Source of the DNA: Magnetococcales bacterium
Lineage (GTDB): Bacteria > Pseudomonadota > Magnetococcia > Magnetococcales > JADFYX01
NCBI GenBank assembly: GCA_015232365.1
Contig: JADFZU010000003.1
Span: 24,708-88,707, forward strand
DNA length: 64,000 nt
Direction of reading: 5' to 3'
The position numbers were made by a program, and so were the translations under genes. Of this stretch, positions 56,485 to 64,000 are shown piece by piece; within the stretch, counting starts at the first letter, position 1; each line of letters starts with the position of its first letter. Below the pieces are notes generated by a model. The model was not told the origin of the DNA. It saw nothing but the letters and a program-made list of their open reading frames with translations, and made no database searches.

Positions 56485-56781
56485 ATGGCTGACATAACAA
56501 TAAAAGATGATGATGACATACCGGCATTTACGGTTCATGGAGAGGGTGATGACCAGATGCAGACCATTGACATGCTTACCTCTGCTCCAATGATGCTAAT
56601 GACATTGATGGATATTCTCGAGCAAGATGCACTAAAACCTGAGGCTCAAGGTTTAAGGGATCAGGTTCTGGGTGTTATGAATATGTGCGGTTATGACTCA
56701 GCACAGTTTAACAAAACTGATGCAGGTTCAGCACAACTCAATAAAATTGAGATAGATTTAGCCCAAGTTGACAAAAATTAG
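56485..56781 (+). CDS. Small acidic hypothetical protein
   Basis: 98 aa with an Asp-rich N-terminus (IKDDDDIPAF) and an internal near-repeat SAQFNKT / SAQLNKI. AAGGA SD upstream. Confidence 0.4.
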   Translation: MADITIKDDDDIPAFTVHGEGDDQMQTIDMLTSAPMMLMTLMDILEQDALKPEAQGLRDQVLGVMNMCGYDSAQFNKTDAGSAQLNKIEIDLAQVDKN

Positions 56782-56799
56782 ATAGATTAACCAAAAACT

Positions 56800-57363
56800 T
56801 TATCCATATATATCGGTTTGGGCTTTCAAAATCCTATAATAACTGGCTCTGCTGATATTTAATTTATTGACAATATCAGTAACCCCAAACCCTTTATCTC
56901 TAAGATCTAGAATCTCTTTGGTTTTGGCTTTGGCTGTTGGTTTTCTGCCAAGGTATTTTCCTTCATCTTTAGCTCTAGCTATCCCCTCTCTCTGCCGCTC
57001 CAACAGTAGATCATTCTCAAATTTGGCAACAGCTTCCAGCGTTGCAATCATGAGCCTGCCGTTTGGAGTACCGCTATCCAACCCTGGCTCCAGAACAACA
57101 AGTCGAACACCACGCTCTAAAAACTTGGTAGTCAACTTTACCAAATGGCTGGTTGAACGGGCTAGGCTAGCCAGGGTGGCAACCGTAAAGACATCCCCCT
57201 TGCCGGATCTGTGAATTGCCAACTCAAGCTGCTCTCGCAAACCTACGCTGCTGGTCTGTTCAGAAAAAACTTTATCACAACCAGCCTTCTCAAGCCTCTC
57301 TATATGAGCATCAAAATCAGCTTGCGACTCCAGTATTGATGATCTTGCATAACCAATATTCAT
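56800..57363 (-). CDS. Small serine recombinase (resolvase/invertase family) with C-terminal HTH; active-site motifs partly divergent
   Basis: MNIGYARSS...Q, GDVFTVATLASLARS, an E-helix region (ATLEAVAKFENDLLLERQREGIARAKDEGKYLGRKP), and a C-terminal HTH (DIVNKLNISRASYYRIL). It aligns along its whole length with my recollection of gamma-delta resolvase and Hin. Confidence 0.8.
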   Translation of the reverse strand: MNIGYARSSILESQADFDAHIERLEKAGCDKVFSEQTSSVGLREQLELAIHRSGKGDVFTVATLASLARSTSHLVKLTTKFLERGVRLVVLEPGLDSGTPNGRLMIATLEAVAKFENDLLLERQREGIARAKDEGKYLGRKPTAKAKTKEILDLRDKGFGVTDIVNKLNISRASYYRILKAQTDIYG

Positions 57364-57385
57364 TTTATTGACTCCTAGTAAAACA

Positions 57386-57452
57386 TCTCACATGACTCTT
57401 AGATACTGTGACACTATTTGTCTCAAAAGTCAAATAGCATTTATATGAGACA
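57386..57452. promoter_or_regulatory. res-like array of two inverted-repeat subsites upstream of the recombinase gene
   Basis: Subsite A: TCTCACA (57386-57392) ... TGTGACA (57407-57413), 6/7 inverted, 28 bp overall. Subsite B: TGTCTCA (57419-57425) ... TGAGACA (57446-57452), 7/7 inverted, 34 bp overall, 5 bp from A. Half-sites resemble the TGTCY resolvase half-site. Confidence 0.5.
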
Positions 57453-57519
57453 CTTTTTAGAAGTTTTTTAGTACCGGTCATACATGGTTTTTTGGTTTTT
57501 AAGCATATAGTATGTTGAT

Positions 57520-58704
57520 TTATTTAATATGTTTCTCAATAAACTCGCTGATCCTAGCTACCCCATCTTGAATATTTGCAAAAGATGTTGCATAGGAGAA
57601 GCGCAGATGTTCTCCAGGGCGGTGCTGACCAAAATCAAGACCAGGAGTGACTCCAACTCCAGCCTCATCCAGAAGCATGTTGCAAAACTGCCTGGAGTCG
57701 GCAATCCCGGTCTGCTCTAAAAGCCTTGAAATATCGGCATAAATATAAAATGCCCCCAACGGCTCCACAGCAATTTCAAAGCCTGACTTTGTCAATGCAT
57801 CCAGCAAAAAAACCCGGTTTTTATTATATTTCTCTAGCTGCTCTTGAAAAACATTACCACACTCAAAAGCTGCCATGGCTGCATATTGGGAGATTGACGA
57901 AGCACTTATAAAAAGGTTCTGCTGCAACATCTCCACCGCCCCTAAAGCATCTTCTGGGACAATCATCCAGCCCAACCGCCAGCCGGTCATGGCAAAATAT
58001 TTGGAAAATCCGTTGATAACCACTGCCCGGTCAGAAAACTCAAGAGCGGTCTGGGCCGATTGACCGTAGGTAATGCCGTGGTAGATTTCGTCAGAGATCA
58101 GCAAACCGCCATGATTTTCAATCAGGGTCGTTACCTCAGAAAAGTCTTGCTCTGAAATCAGTGTGCCTGTCGGGTTGGATGGGGAGGTAACTAGAGCACC
58201 CCGCAAGCCTTTTTTCAACTCCGGCTGTAAGAGAGCAGCGTTGAGCTGATAGTTGCTCAGCGGTCCAACAGGAATGCGAACCGGCTCAGCGTTTAAAAGT
58301 TGGATCATATTGGAATAGCATGGATAACCCGGATCTGAAATTGCGAATCTATCACCAGGGTTCAAAAGAGCACCGAAGGCCAGCATGAAAGCTCCGGAAC
58401 TGCCGGAGGTGATGACAATACGCTGCGGTGAGACCTCAACACCATACTGACTCATATACCATCTGGCTATTCCCTCTCGAAGTTGCTTACTGCCGGTAGC
58501 CAGACTATATTTGGTCTGATCCATATCCAGTGCTTTGCGGGCTGCTGCCAGAATAGGTTCTGGTGTGGCAAAATCAGGCTCTCCAACCTCAAGATGAATA
58601 ATATCTCGACCCTGAGTAGATAGCTCATCAGCTCTACGCAGAACCTCCATAACATAAAAAGGCTGAATGTTGTCAAGTTTCTCTGCCCAATCCATATCAA
58701 CCAA
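57520..58704 (-). CDS. Class I/II PLP-dependent aminotransferase (aspartate/aromatic aminotransferase-like)
   Basis: HLEVGEPDFATP, SPSNPTG, and the PLP-lysine motif GFSKYFAMTGWRLGW. The start is either the TTG at 58704 or the ATG at 58695. Confidence 0.85.
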   Translation of the reverse strand: MVDMDWAEKLDNIQPFYVMEVLRRADELSTQGRDIIHLEVGEPDFATPEPILAAARKALDMDQTKYSLATGSKQLREGIARWYMSQYGVEVSPQRIVITSGSSGAFMLAFGALLNPGDRFAISDPGYPCYSNMIQLLNAEPVRIPVGPLSNYQLNAALLQPELKKGLRGALVTSPSNPTGTLISEQDFSEVTTLIENHGGLLISDEIYHGITYGQSAQTALEFSDRAVVINGFSKYFAMTGWRLGWMIVPEDALGAVEMLQQNLFISASSISQYAAMAAFECGNVFQEQLEKYNKNRVFLLDALTKSGFEIAVEPLGAFYIYADISRLLEQTGIADSRQFCNMLLDEAGVGVTPGLDFGQHRPGEHLRFSYATSFANIQDGVARISEFIEKHIK

Positions 58705-58823
58705 TAATCCTCTTTGTAAATTATTTCAAATAATGGCATTTATTTGTAAAAATATTATGCTAAACTTGTGGATGATGATAGTAAAAACATGATCAACTCC
58801 ATAACTGTCAAGTTAACTGCAAA

Positions 58824-59270
58824 ATGTCGGAGATCAATACCGGGAGTAACATGAAAAGTTTTCGTAAAGAGCTGTGGTTTAACATTAAATATCGCCGGGA
58901 ATTCATTAATATAACCAGCCAAATTGAAGAGTGCCTGGCCCAGAGCGGTATACAAGAGGGGCTGATCTTAGTCAACGCAATGCACATCACCGCCTCAGTT
59001 TTTATCAACGACGATGAAGGCGGCCTCCATCAAGACTACGAAAAATGGCTGGAGCACCTTGCCCCACACGAGCCAATATCCCAATATAAACATAATAACA
59101 CTGGTGAAGATAACGGCGACGCACACCTAAAAAGACAGATTATGGGGCGAGAGGTTGTGGTTGCGGTAACTAATGGTATGCTTGACTTCGGACCTTGGGA
59201 ACAGATCTTCTATGGTGAGTTTGATGGCGGCAGAAAAAAACGGGTTCTGGTAAAGATTATTGGGGAGTAA
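58824..59270 (+). CDS. yjbQ: YjbQ/UPF0047 family protein (secondary thiamine-phosphate synthase-like)
   Basis: [35 protein letters not shown] ... [39 protein letters not shown] is the YjbQ family pattern. Confidence 0.8.
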   Translation: MSEINTGSNMKSFRKELWFNIKYRREFINITSQIEECLAQSGIQEGLILVNAMHITASVFINDDEGGLHQDYEKWLEHLAPHEPISQYKHNNTGEDNGDAHLKRQIMGREVVVAVTNGMLDFGPWEQIFYGEFDGGRKKRVLVKIIGE

Positions 59271-59272
59271 AG

Positions 59273-59644
59273 ATGAGTGACCGCAGCAAAAAACGGGATG
59301 GAGCAACTCTAACAACTGGAGTTGCTATAAACCGGGTTTTAGAGGCAGAGCAGAGTGCACTACTGGCTATTGCCAAGAGTCGCCAAGATGGTGAGGCTAT
59401 TATACTTTCTGCCCAGCACAAAGGGGTAGAAATTGCTGCCAGAGCCGATCAACGAATAAGCAGGATTATCAAAAAACGTTCTAAAAAAAATAAAAAGTTT
59501 CTCAACAAATCTAAACATAGCAACAACAACCTGGCAACACAAAACAGTCCAGAGATAGCCAAGATTGATTTAGAAAAAATTGTCGAAGAGTTGGCAGCCA
59601 AATTGACCCATGGAGAACCTTTAACAGTGGCTGCAAAAAATTAA
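59273..59644 (+). CDS. Possible V-type ATPase peripheral-stalk accessory subunit (G/H-like)
   Basis: 123-aa helical protein (VLEAEQSALLAIAKSRQDGEAIILSAQHKGVEIAARADQRI). GGGGAG SD. It starts 2 nt after the yjbQ stop and immediately precedes the V-ATPase genes. Confidence 0.35.
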   Translation: MSDRSKKRDGATLTTGVAINRVLEAEQSALLAIAKSRQDGEAIILSAQHKGVEIAARADQRISRIIKKRSKKNKKFLNKSKHSNNNLATQNSPEIAKIDLEKIVEELAAKLTHGEPLTVAAKN

Positions 59645-60255
59645 TGCGTGGTTTTGTCTATGTTCAAGCCAGAATGCAGGCCAGATATGGCGAGCGTTTG
59701 GATTCAGCCGCCTGGAACCGTCTGGAGTCATCTGCCAGCTTTAGCGTTTTTCTTAAAAATACCCGTGAAACGTCCATGGCCCCGTGGGTAAGTGCCGTCG
59801 ATGACGACGTTGACATCCATGAACTGGAAGATCTTCTAAAAAACCATCTCTTTATTTTTATTCAAGAGGCGGAATCTTGGGTTCCTACCGAGTGGAAAGC
59901 GGCAGTCGGCTGGTGTAAAAAGCTCTTTGAGCTATCTGAAGAGGATGGTCTCTCAAGCTGGTTAAAACAGTGGCGTAGTCTATGGCCTACAAAAAAAAAT
60001 CAGCAGCAACTTGAAGAGTTGATAACCCTGATTCAACACCATTACCAGCATTTCATATCTCTTGACGATCCAGATCATGGCAGCTCTGCCCGGCAAGATT
60101 TAAAATACGCTTTAGAGTTAAGATTCCGCCGTTTTGCAGCTACCCCTGGAGCTTTGTTTGTCTATCTGCTACTACTGGCTTTGGACTATGAACGGTTGCG
60201 AGGTGATCTGGCAAGCAGACTGCTTTTTGGTGATGAACATGAGGTAGATAGTTGA
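59644..60255 (+). CDS. Short V-type ATPase subunit C/d (AC39)-like protein
   Basis: The N-terminus FVYVQARMQARYGERLDSAAWNRLES and the C-terminus FVYLLLLALDYERLRGDLASRLLF resemble the start and end of AC39-family subunits. The protein is only 203 aa. Confidence 0.45.
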   Translation: MRGFVYVQARMQARYGERLDSAAWNRLESSASFSVFLKNTRETSMAPWVSAVDDDVDIHELEDLLKNHLFIFIQEAESWVPTEWKAAVGWCKKLFELSEEDGLSSWLKQWRSLWPTKKNQQQLEELITLIQHHYQHFISLDDPDHGSSARQDLKYALELRFRRFAATPGALFVYLLLLALDYERLRGDLASRLLFGDEHEVDS

Positions 60256-62093
60256 TGATTTCCAGGCCACAACCAGCCCACCGCTTTCAACTACTATGCT
60301 CTCTAGAAGAGCTACCACAAGCCATGGCAGCACTTGGCCGGGTTTTTGGTGTGCAGTTGGAGAGTGGTGTTGAGCTGGAAAAACTTGACAGGTTCCCCAC
60401 CTTAACTCCAGAGCTGGCCCAACGCCTAAGCCGTTACCGGGAGCTGGCCGACCGCTTCCAAACCTACTGGCCCAAGGACTCCTCTACAGCCAAAACGATC
60501 CCCAACAGCAGAGCGTTAAACCTGCTGGACCAGACTGTTCTAGCTCTTGAATCTTGGCGTGAAGAGGCAGAGCCGGTTATTGAGCAACTCCAGGAGATAG
60601 AGGGAGTTGGCGTTGACCTGGCCCTACTCTTTGAGATGCTCACCCATCTGGGAGAGAGCACCCTGGATTTTTCCAACATATCCAACCCAGCCTCTGATGG
60701 TGAAGAGCGGATTTTAAACTCTAGTCTCTTTGTTGTACCAGAGATTCTAAAAGAGCCTCCTCCCATAGAACCGTCAACCTTGCTAAGAGTAATAAGCGGG
60801 GAAGATAACACCTTTTTAGTGGCAGTAGGCTTGCCCAATGCCATCCAGCCTCTTGACGACTGGGTGGTTGCAGCACAAGGCAGGGAGTTTACCATGCCAA
60901 AATGGTGTAACGGCGATGTAAAAGATCTGCTTGTTGAGACGGTGCAGCGAATGGAGAGCAACCAACAGAGCCAGAGCAAACTGTGGCAACAGCTAAATGG
61001 GATAGGAGAAAAATTTGCAGTATCCAGCCTGTTACAGACCACCAAACAGTTGGAGTGGTTTTTTTCGGTTATGGAGAGTGCAGCCTCCAATGAGCAGTTA
61101 GCTCGTGTTGAAGGTTGGACCGACGGTCAAACGGCAAGCTCCATCAACAACTATTTTGAAAAGGCCGGTATTAACGCTCTGGTGGATATTGACAAAAGCC
61201 TTGCTAAAAACCCACCAATCTTACTGGTCAACCCCAGTTGGGCTAAACCATTTGAGATATTCCCCCGGCTTATTGGGGTTCCAGGCCGGAACGAGGCCGA
61301 CCCCAGTCAGTTGCTGGCGGTGATAGCTCCTCTTCTTTTTGGTTTTATGTTTGGCGATGTAGGCCAAGGGGCGGTATTAGCTCTGGCCGGTCTTGTTTTA
61401 AGAAAACGGTTTGCAGCAGCTTGGTTGCTTATCTCCGGCGGAGTGTCGGCTATATTTTTTGGTATTTTGTTTGGCAGCATTTTCAGTCGTGAGGATATCT
61501 TTGCTCCACTATGGCTGCACCCAACCCAAGAGCCGTTGACAGTCCTCGCTCTACCCATGTTTTTAGGCTTTTCACTGATAATAGTCGGGATGTCTCTAGA
61601 TGCTCTTGGGGAGTTCTGGTCTGGTAACGGTAAAAAATGGCTGCTTACTGATGGTGGAATAACTATTTTATATGTTGGGCTGGCTGCTACTTTTTTTCAT
61701 CAAGACGGGCTGCTGGTTGCTGCTAGCGGTCTTGCCTGGTTTCTTATAGGAAACTACCTCAGCCACAAGAGTTTTTTAAAGGTTTTAGGTCGAGTTGGGC
61801 ACCTTATTGAACTGCTAATGCAGTTGGGGGTCAATACCCTCTCCTTTGCCCGTGTTGGAGCTTTTGCCCTGGCCCATGCCGGGCTATCCATGGCGGTGAT
61901 GACTCTGACTGAGCTTCCTGAAAGTATTGTCCTCAGTTATATAATACTCTTTTTTGGCAATGTTCTGATTATTGCTCTAGAGGGGCTGGTGGTATCGGTA
62001 CAGACCACCCGTTTGATTCTTTTTGAATTTTTTGTCCGTTTTTTACATGGTACCGGCAGGCCGTTTAGACCCCTTCCGGCACCGCCAATCTAG
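60255..62093 (+). CDS. ntpI: V-type ATPase subunit I (a)
   Basis: Soluble N-terminal half, then polytopic C-terminal half with FARVGAFALAHAGLSMAVM and LEGLVVSVQTTRLILFEFFVRF (conserved Arg-containing helix). The ATG at 60255 overlaps the upstream TGA. Confidence 0.8.
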   Translation: MISRPQPAHRFQLLCSLEELPQAMAALGRVFGVQLESGVELEKLDRFPTLTPELAQRLSRYRELADRFQTYWPKDSSTAKTIPNSRALNLLDQTVLALESWREEAEPVIEQLQEIEGVGVDLALLFEMLTHLGESTLDFSNISNPASDGEERILNSSLFVVPEILKEPPPIEPSTLLRVISGEDNTFLVAVGLPNAIQPLDDWVVAAQGREFTMPKWCNGDVKDLLVETVQRMESNQQSQSKLWQQLNGIGEKFAVSSLLQTTKQLEWFFSVMESAASNEQLARVEGWTDGQTASSINNYFEKAGINALVDIDKSLAKNPPILLVNPSWAKPFEIFPRLIGVPGRNEADPSQLLAVIAPLLFGFMFGDVGQGAVLALAGLVLRKRFAAAWLLISGGVSAIFFGILFGSIFSREDIFAPLWLHPTQEPLTVLALPMFLGFSLIIVGMSLDALGEFWSGNGKKWLLTDGGITILYVGLAATFFHQDGLLVAASGLAWFLIGNYLSHKSFLKVLGRVGHLIELLMQLGVNTLSFARVGAFALAHAGLSMAVMTLTELPESIVLSYIILFFGNVLIIALEGLVVSVQTTRLILFEFFVRFLHGTGRPFRPLPAPPI

Positions 62094-62127
62094 TCTGTTT
62101 TTTTATATATTTTTTTAGGAGGCTTTT

Positions 62128-62481
62128 ATGTCACCACGCACCAAAATGGCTTTTGCTCTCACTCTATTTACCGCTGTTCTTGCTGGTGTTGTCACCTGGT
62201 TTTTTGGCAACATGGAGGCATTGGCCTCAGCACCAGCACATGGTGAAAAAGTGGCCAGTGCTTTTGATCCCAGTATGGGCTATATAGCAGCAGCTCTGGC
62301 TACCGGCCTATCCTCTTTGGCGGCAGGAATTGCAGTTGGTCAAGTGGGAGCTGCCGCGGTGGGGGCTATTACTGAAAAACCGGAACTGATGGGCAGGATG
62401 CTGATTTTGATTGGACTTGCCGAGGGAATCGCAATCTACGGCCTGATTATCTCCATTTTGATTCTAAACCGGTTGGGATAG
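62128..62481 (+). CDS. ntpK: V-type ATPase proteolipid subunit K (c)
   Basis: GLSSLAAGIAVGQVGAAAVGAITEKPE...LILIGLAEGIAIYGLIISILIL is a c-subunit hairpin with the conserved Glu. It has an extra N-terminal hydrophobic segment. AGGAGG SD. Confidence 0.85.
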   Translation: MSPRTKMAFALTLFTAVLAGVVTWFFGNMEALASAPAHGEKVASAFDPSMGYIAAALATGLSSLAAGIAVGQVGAAAVGAITEKPELMGRMLILIGLAEGIAIYGLIISILILNRLG

Positions 62482-62778
62482 ATGCCTGCCCTGCTCTTTA
62501 TAGGTGATGAAATATCTGCTGCTGGCTGGTCTCTGGCTGGAGTCAACGTCATAACTCCACAACCAGGCGGTGAGGAGCGTGCCGTTGAAAAGGCCATGCA
62601 GGAGGCTGAACTGTTGATTATTACATCTGAGGTAGCGGAGCTGATCACCCCCGGCCTACTGGAGAAAATATTGACTTCAACATCTGTTTTAACTCATGTG
62701 GTTGGCGACATACAGAACCGCCACCCACTACCAGATTATGCTGGCCTGCTACGGGCAAAATTGGGGTTGGGCCAATGA
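62482..62778 (+). CDS. ntpF: V-type ATPase subunit F
   Basis: LLFIGDEISAAGWSLAGVNV ... LLIITSEVAELI matches the ATP-synt_F pattern. The ATG directly follows the K stop. Confidence 0.65.
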   Translation: MPALLFIGDEISAAGWSLAGVNVITPQPGGEERAVEKAMQEAELLIITSEVAELITPGLLEKILTSTSVLTHVVGDIQNRHPLPDYAGLLRAKLGLGQ

Positions 62779-63401
62779 GCGACAACCCAGTTAGCAACCG
62801 CATGAATGAGCTTATAAAAATTGTTGAGCAGAACCGGGACGCCAAACAGCAAGAGATACTGGAAGCGGCTCGCAGTGAGGCTCAGCAAATTGTAAAAAAC
62901 GCCCATCAACTAGCCAGAAAACGGGTTAAAGAGGTGGTAGCCCAAGAGCGACGAATGCGGACTGAAGTGGAGAATACCGTCAGGGCCAGACAGGAAACCG
63001 AGCAGCGGCAACAGCAGTTGCAGCAGTCTGAAACCCTGTTGAAAGAGAGCCGTAAGATCCTTGAAAAAGCCCTTGTACGACGTTGGCAAGACCAAACCGC
63101 CAGAAGAGCATGGCTAAACTATATAGCCAAACAGGCTGGACGCTTTTTACCAAAAGGTCATTGGCAGATTATATCACCTGCACCACTGGATGAAGGTGAC
63201 ATTGCCCACCTGAAAAAGTGCTTAAGCAAAAAAACCGCACAATCACTTGATTTTCAAAGTGAAGACAAGCTTGTAGCCGGTCTGAAAATAGGCTGCAAAA
63301 ACGCTTGGGTAGACGGCACATTAGACATATTGCTAGCCGACACCCGTTCCATAGACGCTCAACTTTTGGGCCTTATAGCTGCTACCGGGAAACAATCATG
63401 A
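62775..63401 (+). CDS. ntpE: V-type ATPase subunit E
   Basis: Long N-terminal charged helix (QQEILEAARSEAQQIVKNAHQLARKRVKEVVAQERR...) and a globular C-terminus. Both ends overlap neighbouring genes (ATGA). Confidence 0.55.
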   Translation: MSDNPVSNRMNELIKIVEQNRDAKQQEILEAARSEAQQIVKNAHQLARKRVKEVVAQERRMRTEVENTVRARQETEQRQQQLQQSETLLKESRKILEKALVRRWQDQTARRAWLNYIAKQAGRFLPKGHWQIISPAPLDEGDIAHLKKCLSKKTAQSLDFQSEDKLVAGLKIGCKNAWVDGTLDILLADTRSIDAQLLGLIAATGKQS

Positions 63402-64000
63402 ATGATGCTATCATCCACTGGATCTCTGGCCCTGTCATGAAAGCCATAGTTAACAAACCCTTCAAGATAAATGAGTCGGTCTTGGTTGGTAAGAAAAAAC
63501 TACTTGGCGAGGTTGTCCGTCTAAATAAAAAAGAGATTACCGTCCAGATGTATGAAGATGCCACCGGACTGCGTCCTGGAGATCCGGTAATGGGCGAGGG
63601 CAACCCCCTATCCGTACGTCTGGGTCCAGGCATTTTAGGCAACATTTTTGACGGACTACTCCGCTCTTTAGATGGTGAAGGCCGAGACTTTTTATATCCT
63701 GGTCAAAACCTCCCCGACCCCCCAATTTTTAATTTCACGCCGACGGTAGCGTTAGGAGATGTTTTACAAGCCGGAGCAACTTTTGGGCTGGTTATAACAA
63801 ACCCGGAGCTGACAACAACCCACCCATGCCTGGTACCACCAAACCAGAATGGCAAAGTTATAGCTATAGCAGAGAGTGGTAACTACTCAGATGTGGAGAC
63901 CATCTGTACTCTTCTTGATAAAGATGGTGTTGAACATGAGTTGGCCATGAGCCACTACTGGCCGGTACGAACCCCGCGCCCGGTCTCAAAAAGGTTGGGA
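63398..64000 (+). CDS. ntpA: V-type ATPase catalytic subunit A, 3'-truncated by the window end
   Basis: My own translation from the ATG at 63398 is MNDAIIHWISGPVMKAIV...EVVRLNKKEITVQMYEDATGLRPGDPVMGEGNPLSVRLGPGILGNIFDGLLRSL...HYWPVRTPRPVSKRLG. It is open to nt 64000. It is absent from the track because no stop is reached. Confidence 0.85.
   Translation, partial: MNDAIIHWISGPVMKAIVNKPFKINESVLVGKKKLLGEVVRLNKKEITVQMYEDATGLRPGDPVMGEGNPLSVRLGPGILGNIFDGLLRSLDGEGRDFLYPGQNLPDPPIFNFTPTVALGDVLQAGATFGLVITNPELTTTHPCLVPPNQNGKVIAIAESGNYSDVETICTLLDKDGVEHELAMSHYWPVRTPRPVSKRLG

Noticed and set aside
56750-56790. Direct repeat AGATAGATT(T/A)A, 30 bp apart, at the convergent ends of the 98-aa ORF and the recombinase gene
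   Set aside because: It is short, and one copy lies inside coding sequence. There are no associated inverted repeats or target-site-duplication context.
56346-57426. Direct 9-mer TTGTCTCAA at 56346-56354 and 57418-57426, flanking the recombinase plus the 98-aa ORF. This could mark an excisable or invertible cassette.
   Set aside because: The left copy has no inverted partner half-site, and a 9-mer coincidence is not negligible in AT-rich DNA. I note it only as something to test together with the res-like site.
1-64000. Search by eye for CRISPR arrays, tRNA/rRNA genes, IS elements, integrases, toxin-antitoxin pairs and known defence genes
   Set aside because: None was recognisable. The only recombination gene is the solitary small serine recombinase. 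The intergenic regions are AT-rich, without cloverleaf-like or regularly spaced repeat structure.

Overview
Densely coding 64-kb chromosomal window of about 50 genes on both strands, from a moderately AT-rich, apparently Gram-negative (proteobacterial-type) genome. I saw no rRNA, tRNA, CRISPR array, transposase or phage genes, and could not call any convincing intrinsic terminator by eye.

Layout:
- (1) nt 1-13405, envelope-glycan locus. The plus strand carries WbpB-WbpD-like fusion and WecB/WbpI-like genes. They converge on a nine-gene minus-strand operon: PilZ protein, coiled-coil anchor, 820-aa polytopic protein, B12 radical SAM, ArnC/DPM1-like GT2, C-methyltransferase, cupin, methyltransferase, DegT aminotransferase.
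- (2) nt 14056-21091, cytoplasmic phosphorelay operon. A 1686-aa hybrid kinase with two complete kinase cores is followed by a stand-alone Hpt and a REC-PAS-PP2C phosphatase.
- (3) nt 21204-38762, mixed genes. These are a polytopic membrane protein, an Hpt-REC-REC-GGDEF cyclase, a TPP enzyme/aldehyde dehydrogenase/Kef antiporter operon, and an FCY1-type cytosine deaminase overlapping an SBP-PAS-GAF hybrid kinase. They are followed by a Rieske protein, a hemerythrin-GGDEF cyclase and small enzymes.
- (4) nt 39281-48411, second phosphorelay cluster: SBP-like protein, CHASE hybrid kinase with Hpt, REC-PAS-kinase, REC-PP2C and REC-RsbW-like kinase.
- (5) nt 48554-58704. An ECF sigma factor with a VWA-domain anti-sigma candidate, mobA, Cache-HAMP-GAF-GGDEF and cNMP-GGDEF cyclases, an orphan FliG C-terminal-domain protein, and a divergent serine recombinase with a res-like site. 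An aminotransferase closes the block.
- (6) nt 58824-64000, yjbQ tightly followed by a V-type ATPase operon with non-canonical gene order. The A subunit runs off the window.

Best candidates for undescribed biology:
- the PilZ-fronted glycan-modification operon;
- the dual-core giant kinase relay;
- the split REC-PP2C / REC-RsbW-kinase pair with no STAS partner in the window.

All functional calls come from motif recognition by eye. No database search was run.
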